From: Desulfatiglandales bacterium
GTDB taxonomy: Bacteria > Desulfobacterota > DSM-4660 > Desulfatiglandales > HGW-15
Length of the DNA stretch: 54,146 nt
Direction of reading: 5' to 3'
Assembly (NCBI GenBank): GCA_041685835.1
Contig: JAWLEX010000003.1
Coordinates: 1-54,146 of the forward strand
Made by a program: the position numbers and the translations under genes. Position 1 is the first letter of the stretch. Each line of letters starts with the position of its first letter. The notes beneath the pieces are model-generated. The model did not search any database. It saw nothing but the letters and a program-made list of their open reading frames with translations, and was not told the origin of the DNA. This document shows, piece after piece, positions 46,705 through 54,146 of the stretch.

Positions 46705-47856
46705 TCAGAGCGGCGAAACGACGATCTCACCGGACTCGTTCTTATGAGCGGTCATGGGGAACGGCGGTTCAGGTTGGTTTAGCAGGCTATCGAGAAAGCG
46801 GTCCGGGCCTTCGCGATAACCAATGGAAAACGTGACCGTGTCCCCTTTGAAACGGGTTTGGGTCACAGACTCCACGCCTGGGACGCCTCCTTGCACGAAT
46901 CTGGAGAAGGCCTGGAGCTGAGTGAAGCTTCCAATCCCCTCGAGAGAGAGCGTCAACCGCTCCGGCTCAGTTTCTATGCGTAGAAAGGCGTCCCGGATTC
47001 GTTGTCCTAATTGTCCGCTCACATCCTTAGCGGCCCTCTGTATGCCCTCATGCAGCTGCTCAGGGCCTTCCAGTTCCGGATCCAGGGAGGATTGCGCACC
47101 CTGTTCCGCCATCACTGAGCCCGAGGCCACATCCAATGCTCGGAGAGATATGGAAACCATGCCGTCACCCTGCACACACGATCCGATAATCACCACATCC
47201 GCCGAACAGAGACGTCCCCACAGGACGGCATCCTCCACGTCCAGATCAACAGATCGAAGTCGTTCCGACCCTTCTCCCTCAGGGACCTCAGACACCCTGC
47301 TCACCGAGGCGAAGCCTATGTCCTCAAAGGCCCTTTGCAGAGAAAGCTCAACAGGCAGAAGGAGCCCGCGGTGGCTCTCCGGGTCCCCCCACCAGTACAC
47401 CGGCACCTCGTGCCCGGCGGTGCGCCGGCTGACCATAAAAAGGACTCCTATGCGCGGGCCTTCTTCCTCGAGGAAGCCCTTTTCTTCCAGAATGGTTTCA
47501 AGGGTCTGCTCATTGGTGCGAAGCCGGACAAGCACACGGTAAACGGATTCGCCCTCCTCCTCTCCAAGAATGTTGTAGTTTGCGATCTCGTTGCGGGCTG
47601 CAGGAACCAGTTCCTCGACAAAACGGGAAATCCGGCCGGCGACGATTTTTCCGTCAAGACGCCTCAGGAGATCTGCCTCCACGCCTTTTCTCAATGCGTC
47701 GGTCAAGGCCTGCCGCCTGGCGGCGGACAGGTTCCCCTCATTCAGGGAAGCTGTCCCAATGGCGAGAATCCCTTCGTCCCCGGCCGCGCCCCGCGACTGC
47801 GCCGGGGCCGCTCCGACGTCGGCCGGGATGACGAAGGCGGTGATCAGAAGCCCCAA
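46705..47856 (-). CDS. hypothetical secreted protein, start uncertain
   Basis: The coding-looking region starts with a signal-peptide-like stretch (VFVRIALGLLITAFVIPADVGAAPA). There is no in-frame ATG or GTG between the MITE and codon ~60. TTG 47856 is a placeholder start. The tracked ORF (to 48195) reads through MITE copy 6. Confidence 0.5.
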   Translation of the reverse strand: MGLLITAFVIPADVGAAPAQSRGAAGDEGILAIGTASLNEGNLSAARRQALTDALRKGVEADLLRRLDGKIVAGRISRFVEELVPAARNEIANYNILGEEEGESVYRVLVRLRTNEQTLETILEEKGFLEEEGPRIGVLFMVSRRTAGHEVPVYWWGDPESHRGLLLPVELSLQRAFEDIGFASVSRVSEVPEGEGSERLRSVDLDVEDAVLWGRLCSADVVIIGSCVQGDGMVSISLRALDVASGSVMAEQGAQSSLDPELEGPEQLHEGIQRAAKDVSGQLGQRIRDAFLRIETEPERLTLSLEGIGSFTQLQAFSRFVQGGVPGVESVTQTRFKGDTVTFSIGYREGPDRFLDSLLNQPEPPFPMTAHKNESGEIVVSPL

Positions 47857-47885
47857 GGCGATGCGAACGAAGACGAGATCAGCTA

Positions 47886-48061
47886 GTTTCCATCCAGAAA
47901 TGGTCTTTTTTGCCAATCTCGGCGTCAATCTGCGAGGTTGCTTGTGCGGCGTACTCCGGTACGCCTCCGCGCAACCTCTTGATTTCCTTGATCTTGACAA
48001 AAAATCCTCATTTCTGAATTGGAAACTTGCTAGTGCCCAAAAAGCGTTTCTGAATGAGCAC
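47886..48061 (+). mobile_element. 176-bp palindromic MITE-like repeat, copy 6 (intact)
   Basis: Differs from copy 1 at 9 of 176 positions and from copy 5 at 5 of 176 (by eye). The apical loop is TCCG instead of TTCA. Left flank TA, right flank AA. Confidence 0.8.
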
Positions 48062-48145
48062 AAGTTAAAAGATTGACCCGACAGGTCTTTGTTTGCGCCT
48101 TGGCGTCTTGGCGGGAGACAAAAAGTTTCGATCATCCGACTTGCT

Positions 48146-49306
48146 CTAATCAGCTCCCAGGAGTTCCTTGATCCGGTGAATGCTTTCGACCGCATCCATC
48201 CCCGACAGAGGCACGCCGGGCCTGAACCTCCCCTTCTCTCCTTTCATGATGCCCAGCTCCGTACAGACCTCCACCGCCCTAAATCCGGGTGAGGAATCGG
48301 GCACATCATCGAATGGAGTCGACCGGGTTCCTTGCCGTAGGAGCGTCCCGTCCAGGTCGAGCCGGCCAAGGATATCCGCTACAGCGGCTGCGTACTCGGC
48401 ACGGTGCATTGGGCTGTCCGGAAGAAAGGATCTGTCCTCGAAGGAATCGAACCCGTCGATTCCAAGGGCAAGCACCACGCAGATATCGTCCTTCAGGGGA
48501 TGCTCGTTCAGGTCCGTGGGCCGGGCCTGGCCCTCCGCAGGGCAGACAGGCTCCCCAACCGGTTGGTCGAGGTGGTCTTTCAGGCCGATTTCCTGAACAA
48601 GAAGCGCCGCAGCCTCGGCACGGCTCACACTATCAAGAAAGGCAACACCGCGAGCCAACTCCGTTTCCGGAATCATCTCTTGGAGCGTTCGTCCGGCTTT
48701 GAGGTGAAACGAGGCCTTTTCTGAAAATGCGTCCGTGAAGGCAAGGGCCCTTTCGAGTACCTCCTCATGCGCGTCATGATCGCCGCCGAACTTGAACGCC
48801 AAACCCAATTTGTAGTATTCGTTAAGGAATTCCATCACGAACAGGCGGGCCAGGCAAGTCGTCTTCCCTCTTGCAGAATCCCGCCTCCAAGACCGTCGAT
48901 CCCACCGGAACGAGTCGAACCGATCGAAAACGTCACGGGAAAGGTTATGGATCTCTTCACGGGAGGTGTAGTGGATAGCGCGGTGACACGCCTTAAATGC
49001 CGAGTCGAAATCCAGCCGGATCGCGTAGACAAGGGCATCTCCACGGTGGGCCGGGGCATAGCGGGGGTCCAGATCCAGGGCCATTCGGAATTCCCTGTGG
49101 GCCGCGTCCAGGCGCCCTTTTTCCATGAGCTTGAGACCGTTCTCCACATGGTGATCAGGGGAACCCAGTACACGCTCCGGCACGGCTGCCCCGGTCGCAC
49201 ACCCAGCCGTTGCAGCCAGCAACAGGGCCCCCGCGACCCAGGCCGACCATTGAAAGCCCCGCCTCCAACTCCACATCTGATCCCCCATGTCTTTCACAGC
49301 CGCCAT
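48146..49306 (-). CDS. lipoprotein with TPR-like repeats and SLH-like C-terminal repeats
   Basis: Lipobox-like LLAATAGC, a TPR-like segment (GRLDAAHREFRMALDLDPRYAPAH), and two C-terminal segments resembling S-layer homology motifs (F.D..DS.P...AE.A..., and FDDVPDSSPGFRAVEVCTELGIMKG). Confidence 0.6.
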   Translation of the reverse strand: MAAVKDMGDQMWSWRRGFQWSAWVAGALLLAATAGCATGAAVPERVLGSPDHHVENGLKLMEKGRLDAAHREFRMALDLDPRYAPAHRGDALVYAIRLDFDSAFKACHRAIHYTSREEIHNLSRDVFDRFDSFRWDRRSWRRDSARGKTTCLARLFVMEFLNEYYKLGLAFKFGGDHDAHEEVLERALAFTDAFSEKASFHLKAGRTLQEMIPETELARGVAFLDSVSRAEAAALLVQEIGLKDHLDQPVGEPVCPAEGQARPTDLNEHPLKDDICVVLALGIDGFDSFEDRSFLPDSPMHRAEYAAAVADILGRLDLDGTLLRQGTRSTPFDDVPDSSPGFRAVEVCTELGIMKGEKGRFRPGVPLSGMDAVESIHRIKELLGAD

Positions 49307-49351
49307 CCGTTTTCAAAACCGGCCCTATGATCCGACAAAAAACCGGCTTGG

Positions 49352-50284
49352 TCAAGGGTTGCCGTCCAGGAAAGACATCGCTTCCCGTCGAACAAGGTCC
49401 CGCTCCTCAGGAGTCCTCCAGCGAACGCCGGGCTCTCCGCGAAGCCAGGTGATCTGTCGCTTGGCATATCTCCTGGTGTCCGCCTGAAGACGCCTGATGG
49501 TTTCATCGAGGTCCCGGACACCCTGTAGAAAGGCCAGTGCATGGCGGTAACCTATGGCCTGCATTGGTTTCAGGTTCGCCCTGTACCCCAGTTTGAGGAG
49601 CCTTTGTGTCTCTTCCAGGAGCCCGCCTTCCATCATTGCGGCGCTCCTGCGGTTGATCCTTTCGTAAAGCTTCTGCCTGTCCATGTGGAGGCAGACCATA
49701 AGCGCGCTGAACGCGCCTTCCCGAAAACCATGAACCGCCGTGAGAGAGGAAAACAGCCGCCCTGTGAGCCCTATGACCTCCAAGGCCCTGGTCACGCGCA
49801 CGCGGTCGTTGGGATGAACCTTAAGAGCGGCTTCCGGGTCCAAGGACCGAAGCCGCTGATAAAGTTCCCCCCCGCCCCTTTCCTTCCATTCACGATTCAG
49901 CCGGGAACGAAGTTCGGTCGAAGATTCGGGGCAGTCGAAAAGTCCTCCCAAAAGAGCTCGTATATAGAGGCCTGAACCGCCCACAACAAAGCAGGGCCTT
50001 CCCTTCTTAACTATGTCCTCGATAACGGGTATTGCAAGGCCCCGGTAGAGCGCCGCATTGAACGGTTCGTCCGGATCGACTACGTCCAGCAGGTGGTGGG
50101 GAACGCCTCGCATCTCCTCCTTCGTAGGCTTGGCCGTCCCCACGTCCATGTGACGATAAACCTGCATGGAGTCGGCATTCACGATCTCGCCGCCCATGTC
50201 CTCAGCAAGGTCCACGGCCAGAGCCGACTTCCCGGCCGCAGTCGGGCCGGTGATAACCACAATGCGTTGACGACCCTCGTACAT
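49352..50284 (-). CDS. miaA: tRNA dimethylallyltransferase
   Basis: P-loop GPTAAGKS and the MiaA motifs NADSMQVY...DVGTAKP and PHHLLD. Confidence 0.93.
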   Translation of the reverse strand: MYEGRQRIVVITGPTAAGKSALAVDLAEDMGGEIVNADSMQVYRHMDVGTAKPTKEEMRGVPHHLLDVVDPDEPFNAALYRGLAIPVIEDIVKKGRPCFVVGGSGLYIRALLGGLFDCPESSTELRSRLNREWKERGGGELYQRLRSLDPEAALKVHPNDRVRVTRALEVIGLTGRLFSSLTAVHGFREGAFSALMVCLHMDRQKLYERINRRSAAMMEGGLLEETQRLLKLGYRANLKPMQAIGYRHALAFLQGVRDLDETIRRLQADTRRYAKRQITWLRGEPGVRWRTPEERDLVRREAMSFLDGNP

Positions 50285-50290
50285 TACGCC

Positions 50291-52030
50291 CTATAGTGCC
50301 CGCTTGAACATCCGCTCCAGTTCCCTCCAAGAGATCTTACGTGATACTGGCCGTCCGTGTGGGCAGTTGGTCGGCAGATCGGTTCGCTCAAGCTCGTCCA
50401 GCAGGGAGGTCATCTCACGCATGGAAAGCGGTTTTCCCGCCCGAACTGCGCCGTGGCAGGCCATTACGGATAGGACCTCGTCCAGGGCCGCTCCGCTGTC
50501 CAGTTCCCCGTCGTTCTCCCTCAGCCGGCCGATAGCCTCACGAAGCACAGCGTCCAGGTCGGCATTCAAAAGTACAGGAGGAACCGATCGCAGAAGGTAG
50601 GTGACCCCGCCGAAGTGCTCCATCTCAAGCCCTACTCGGGCCAACGAACCGGCATACTCCTCCAGTGCCCCGGCATCGGCCGCGGAAAACTCGATACGCT
50701 TGGGGATCAGGAAGGTCTGAACCTGAATAGGCCCTTCCATAATGCCCCTTCGAAGACCCTCGTAAACGATCCGCTCATGAGCCGCGTGTTGATCCACCAG
50801 CAGGAGCCCTTCCTCGGTCTGGCACAGGATGTAGGTGTTTCCAAGCTGGCCGATGACAAAGAAGGCTCTCTTTCGGAAGCTCTGCTGAATGTGGGGACTG
50901 TTGACGGTGGATTGGGGGCCCTCCCACGGTTCGGGGTCATCGTAAAAGGGTGCCGGCGACTCCGCCGCAACAGGCTGTTGCGGGGAGTCCGTACGTCCCG
51001 GGCCGGCCGACGCTGATGCTTCACTGTTGACGATGACCCCTCCTGTCCTGAACAGGCCCTCATCAACAGCCGAAACCACGGCACGAAAAATCGCCCTTCC
51101 CTCTCTAAACCGCACTTCCTGCTTGGTGGGATGCACATTGACATCCACCAGGCCGGGATCCATCTCGAGGGATACAACCACCTGGGGATATCGCCCCTTC
51201 ATGAGGCGCCGGCCGTAACCTTCCATAACCGCCCGCGTGAGCATGCGGTCCCTCACGCTCCGGCCGTTTACATAGAAAAGGATGCGGTCCCCCCGGGACC
51301 GGTTGAGTTCCGGGGACGCCAGGTGGGCGCGCACCGTCACAGGGCCTGCGGCCCGTTCAACCAGTTCCATCCGTTCTGCCGTCTCCCGGCCCAAAAGCAT
51401 AGCCAGGCGCTCCTCTTCACTCTCCGACGCCGGATAATGAAGCAGGGTCCGCTCCCCTTCCCGAAGCCGAAATGAGACATCTTGATAAGGCAGGGCGATA
51501 CGGGACAAGGTTTCCAACAGGTGGTAGGTTTCTGTCTTTGCCGCTCGCAGGAACTTGCGACGCGCAGGCGTATTGAAAAACAGGTCTCTAACCGCCGTCA
51601 CGGTTCCCGCCGGTGCGCCCACCTCCTCGATGGAACTAAGCCTGCCCCCGTCGATGCGGATCCTGTGGCCGGAAATGCTTTCACTGGTGCGCGAGGTGAT
51701 CTCCATGCGGGAAACGGCTGCAATACTGGGGACGGCCTCCCCCCGAAAACCCAGGGTCCCTATGGAAATCAGATCTTCAACGGACCGCACCTTGCTGGTG
51801 GCATGCCTCTCCAGGCAGAGCAAGAGATCGTCCCGGTCCATGCCGATGCCGTTGTCGCTCACACGTACCAGTTTACACCCGCCGGCCTCAATGTGGATCT
51901 CGATACGGTCTGCGGCAGCGTCGATGCTGTTGTCCAGGATTTCCCGCAATACCGAGGCCGGGCGTTCCACCACCTCTCCCGCAGCGATTTGCGTGGCTAC
52001 GTTTTCGGGGAGGACTCGAATCAGACTCAT
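50291..52030 (-). CDS. mutL: DNA mismatch repair protein MutL
   Basis: The N-terminus IRVLPENVATQIAAGEVVERPASVLREILDNSIDA (GHKL ATPase) and a C-terminal dimerisation domain containing ACHGAVRAG. Confidence 0.93.
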   Translation of the reverse strand: MSLIRVLPENVATQIAAGEVVERPASVLREILDNSIDAAADRIEIHIEAGGCKLVRVSDNGIGMDRDDLLLCLERHATSKVRSVEDLISIGTLGFRGEAVPSIAAVSRMEITSRTSESISGHRIRIDGGRLSSIEEVGAPAGTVTAVRDLFFNTPARRKFLRAAKTETYHLLETLSRIALPYQDVSFRLREGERTLLHYPASESEEERLAMLLGRETAERMELVERAAGPVTVRAHLASPELNRSRGDRILFYVNGRSVRDRMLTRAVMEGYGRRLMKGRYPQVVVSLEMDPGLVDVNVHPTKQEVRFREGRAIFRAVVSAVDEGLFRTGGVIVNSEASASAGPGRTDSPQQPVAAESPAPFYDDPEPWEGPQSTVNSPHIQQSFRKRAFFVIGQLGNTYILCQTEEGLLLVDQHAAHERIVYEGLRRGIMEGPIQVQTFLIPKRIEFSAADAGALEEYAGSLARVGLEMEHFGGVTYLLRSVPPVLLNADLDAVLREAIGRLRENDGELDSGAALDEVLSVMACHGAVRAGKPLSMREMTSLLDELERTDLPTNCPHGRPVSRKISWRELERMFKRAL

Positions 52031-52096
52031 AATCCTGTATCCAAAGACGCAAGAAATCGTTTCGGCCGGGTCCGGGTTTGCTCAATTCCCGGTACT

Positions 52097-53059
52097 TCAC
52101 AACAGCCCCAGAAGTCTTTCATCCACCTGGAAAAGCGGTCCCCGGTCGGGCCGTATCGCTTGATACATACGGTTGATAAAAAGATACCTGCCCGCTATGA
52201 GCAGGTTTCGGGCCCCGATGGGGTCGAAGCTCAGGCACGGGGATGTCTCGGGATTCTTGAGCAGGTCACGGACAAGCCTGTAGGACAGACCGACTGTAAA
52301 GGAGATGTAATCAGGAGATGTCCGGCAGTGGGGCTCCCGTTGGAACAGAGCAGGCGACTGAAAGGCGTTCAGGTAGTTGCTGAGCTTCACCGACTGAGTG
52401 TAGATCCTCCTCCTCGTCTTGAGGCCTTGTCGGCGCTTTCCCACCGCGGATCTCAACATATCATCACAGCCGAGATGCTTCATGGTGAGAACTTCCTTTG
52501 CAATCCTGGTGTACAGCGGTCCAAGGTGCAGATCGACCCGGGCCTCCCAGTAAATGTGACCCATGCGCTTCCAAGTCGAGGCCCGGTGAATGAGGTTGGG
52601 AACGAAGTAGTTGTGGGCCACTACGTCCGCCGCCAGGTGAGAGAGGAAGCCGTAGGCATAGGCTGCCTCCCGGTCATCGGCGGCTTCTGCGAGACATCGA
52701 GAGCCGGTTTCCCAATTATGAGAATGCCCGGTTTTTTGCTTCTGCCCCTTTCCCACAAAAAAATCCGCGGAGAGGCTGCCGTAAAGGTATTCGAGTGGGT
52801 AGGCCCGAATGACGGCCCCAACGTCCGCGAGAAGATGCGCGGTGTTTTCAAGAATGTGGCATGCTATGGCCGTGTGAACCGCCGCCCCCCAAGCCCAGGC
52901 GGACGAAGAGAATATGAGATCCAGGACCAAGATACCCAAGGCCAGCGTCAAAACCCTGGCCATACCCCTTATGGAACCACGTTTTCCGGTTTCAGTTTTC
53001 GCTTTCATGTCTGGTCGGCAGATGAATCCGATCGGTCGTCTCCTTTCGTCTCTTTTCAC
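52097..53059 (-). CDS. zinc-dependent phospholipase C-like family protein, start uncertain
   Basis: A signal-like segment (MARVLTLALGILVLDLIFSSSAWA) followed by WG..VH...A and later His-rich motifs (HSHNWETG and SHLAADVVAHN). Candidate starts are GTG 53059, ATG 53008 and ATG 52963; none has a good SD. Confidence 0.6.
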   Translation of the reverse strand: MKRDERRRPIGFICRPDMKAKTETGKRGSIRGMARVLTLALGILVLDLIFSSSAWAWGAAVHTAIACHILENTAHLLADVGAVIRAYPLEYLYGSLSADFFVGKGQKQKTGHSHNWETGSRCLAEAADDREAAYAYGFLSHLAADVVAHNYFVPNLIHRASTWKRMGHIYWEARVDLHLGPLYTRIAKEVLTMKHLGCDDMLRSAVGKRRQGLKTRRRIYTQSVKLSNYLNAFQSPALFQREPHCRTSPDYISFTVGLSYRLVRDLLKNPETSPCLSFDPIGARNLLIAGRYLFINRMYQAIRPDRGPLFQVDERLLGLL

Positions 53060-53079
53060 GAGGTGTCAATATAGCCATT

Positions 53080-53170
53080 GTTTCCGGAAAGATCCACCCC
53101 TCTTTTTTGGAAGCTGCGGGACCGGGACTATTTGGCAAGAATATTGCAGAAACTTGAATTGAAAAGATTT
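53080..53170 (+). mobile_element. possible heavily degenerate relic of the MITE-like repeat (copy 7)
   Basis: GTTTCCGGAAAGATCCACCCCTCTTTTTTGG resembles GTTTCCATCCAGAAATGGTCTTTTTTGCC. Downstream, TGAATTGAAAAGATTTGA resembles the flank of copy 6. Similarity is weak and judged by eye. Confidence 0.3.
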
Positions 53171-53267
53171 GATCATCTCACAGAGTCATAAAGACCGCAA
53201 AGACAATAAAATCAAAAGGCGTTGTTTACGCCTCGGGGTCTTGGCCAGAGGTAAAGGGACGAGGAGA

Positions 53268-54050
53268 ATGCCGGGGAAAAAGAAAAAACAGGCTTCAGGC
53301 AATACGGGTTCCTGGATAACGACCTTTACTAATCTCGTTCTCCTGCTCCTTGCCTTCTTTGTGGTCCTTGTCGTTATGTCTGAGCCCAACGAAGAAAAAA
53401 TGATGGCCGGCTTGAGTTCCCTGTTCGGGGCGTTCGGAATAACACCGGACGGCCTCTCGTCCATTGGCTCGGATCAGGCCTTGGATATCACCGAGGAAGG
53501 GGCCCCCGTGACGAAGGCCCAAGCCGTCCAGAACCGGCTTCAGGAAATAGTCGTTTCAAACGGCCTGCTATCCGATACCGAAATGAAACGAGAAGGCGGT
53601 CGAGTAGTCCTCTCCCTCAGTAATCGCGTATTCTTCGAATTCGGCTCAAGCCGGCTGCATGAACAAACCGACCGTTTTTTACAAGATCTTGCAGGGGTCA
53701 TTGAAGGGGAGACGGGTCAGGTCGAGTTGCGGGGTTACGCGGATCACTCGGAGACCGTTTTTTCTGAGGACCCCTTGCTGTCAGCCTATGACTTGTCCGT
53801 AAGACGGGCCCTTGCCATTCACCATTTTCTACTCAACGAAGAGGGGATTCAACTGGAACAAATTGTGGCCCACGGTTTCGGCACCCGGCCCGGCAGGAAA
53901 CCCATTTCGAATCAAGAGGCCTGGAGGGACAGCCAGATGGAAATCATTCTGGACTACTCAACCAAACTCCCATACCGGATGAGAACCGAAGAAGGACGAT
54001 CCCCGTTTCTGGAATATAAGGGTTTTCTTTTCAGGCGGTTAGGTAACTGA
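53268..54050 (+). CDS. OmpA/MotB-domain protein (MotB-like stator or peptidoglycan-anchoring protein)
   Basis: MotB-like N-terminus WITTFTNLVLLLLAFFVVL and a C-terminal OmpA-like domain (RGYADHSE...LSVRRALAI). ATG 53268 has GAGGAG upstream. Confidence 0.8.
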   Translation: MPGKKKKQASGNTGSWITTFTNLVLLLLAFFVVLVVMSEPNEEKMMAGLSSLFGAFGITPDGLSSIGSDQALDITEEGAPVTKAQAVQNRLQEIVVSNGLLSDTEMKREGGRVVLSLSNRVFFEFGSSRLHEQTDRFLQDLAGVIEGETGQVELRGYADHSETVFSEDPLLSAYDLSVRRALAIHHFLLNEEGIQLEQIVAHGFGTRPGRKPISNQEAWRDSQMEIILDYSTKLPYRMRTEEGRSPFLEYKGFLFRRLGN

Positions 54051-54051
54051 A

Positions 54052-54146
54052 ATGGCTCTTGCATCCAATAAAAAACAGGTCGGGCAAAACAACGGCATGG
54101 ACCCCAACAGCTGGATGACAACCTTCTCCGACCTGGTTACCCTTTT
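54052..54146 (+). CDS. second MotB-like protein, N-terminal fragment (runs off window)
   Basis: ATG 54052 lies 2 nt after the previous stop. It reads MALASNKKQVGQNNGMDPNSWMTTFSDLVTL, and WMTTFSDLVTL is the MotB plug/TM motif. Confidence 0.5.
   Translation, partial: MALASNKKQVGQNNGMDPNSWMTTFSDLVTL

Noticed and set aside
209-48061. The GTTTCC...GGAAAC-type termini look superficially like CRISPR repeats.
   Set aside because: The copies are kilobases apart, in both orientations and 176 bp long. There is no regular repeat-spacer periodicity and no cas genes in the window.
1-54146. I looked for a defence island, toxin-antitoxin pair, prophage, integrase or transposase, retron or DGR reverse transcriptase, or a biosynthetic cluster.
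   Set aside because: Every ORF longer than about 100 aa outside shadow frames is accounted for by housekeeping, transport, signalling or metabolic families, or is a lone hypothetical. No such system is supported by the sequence.

Overview
This is a GC-rich 54-kb chromosomal segment. From gene content alone it looks like core genome of a Desulfobacterota-type (deltaproteobacterial) anaerobe; no database search was possible. I can support about 50 protein genes, one tRNA-Val(GAC), one TPP riboswitch, and several promoter and terminator candidates.

Recognisable blocks:
- a sigma-54 activator flanked by DUF4388 proteins
- a riboswitch-controlled thi4-panE pair
- a four-gene 2-oxoacid:ferredoxin oxidoreductase operon in which the delta ferredoxin is fused to a GltD-like flavoprotein
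- an S1-domain protein, mgtE and nrnA
- ileS-lspA-lgt
- an M24-like protein, an MttB-like protein and a cupin
- a liv-type ABC transporter and lutABC
- a signalling cluster: HDOD protein, CHASE2 cyclase, a decayed response regulator and a histidine kinase
- merR-pheT-pheS-rplT-rpmI-infC-thrS
- pgsA, mutL-miaA and MotB-like genes

I saw no CRISPR array, cas genes, transposase, prophage, toxin-antitoxin pair or obvious defence operon. I cannot support a claim of a novel multi-gene system.

The most unusual signal is non-coding: a dense family of a 176-bp palindromic MITE-like repeat. It has 17-bp terminal inverted repeats and mostly TA flanks. There are 3 intact copies that differ at 4-9 of 176 positions by eye, plus 3 decayed or partial copies and 1 possible relic. 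Its GTTTCC end nearly always faces the 5' end of a neighbouring gene.

Other points worth a second look:
- a response regulator inactivated by an 8-bp tandem duplication plus an in-frame TGA
- an M24 protein that has lost most of its metal ligands
- two tiny, very basic ORFs with strong Shine-Dalgarno (SD) sites
- an infC gene that appears to start at AUA
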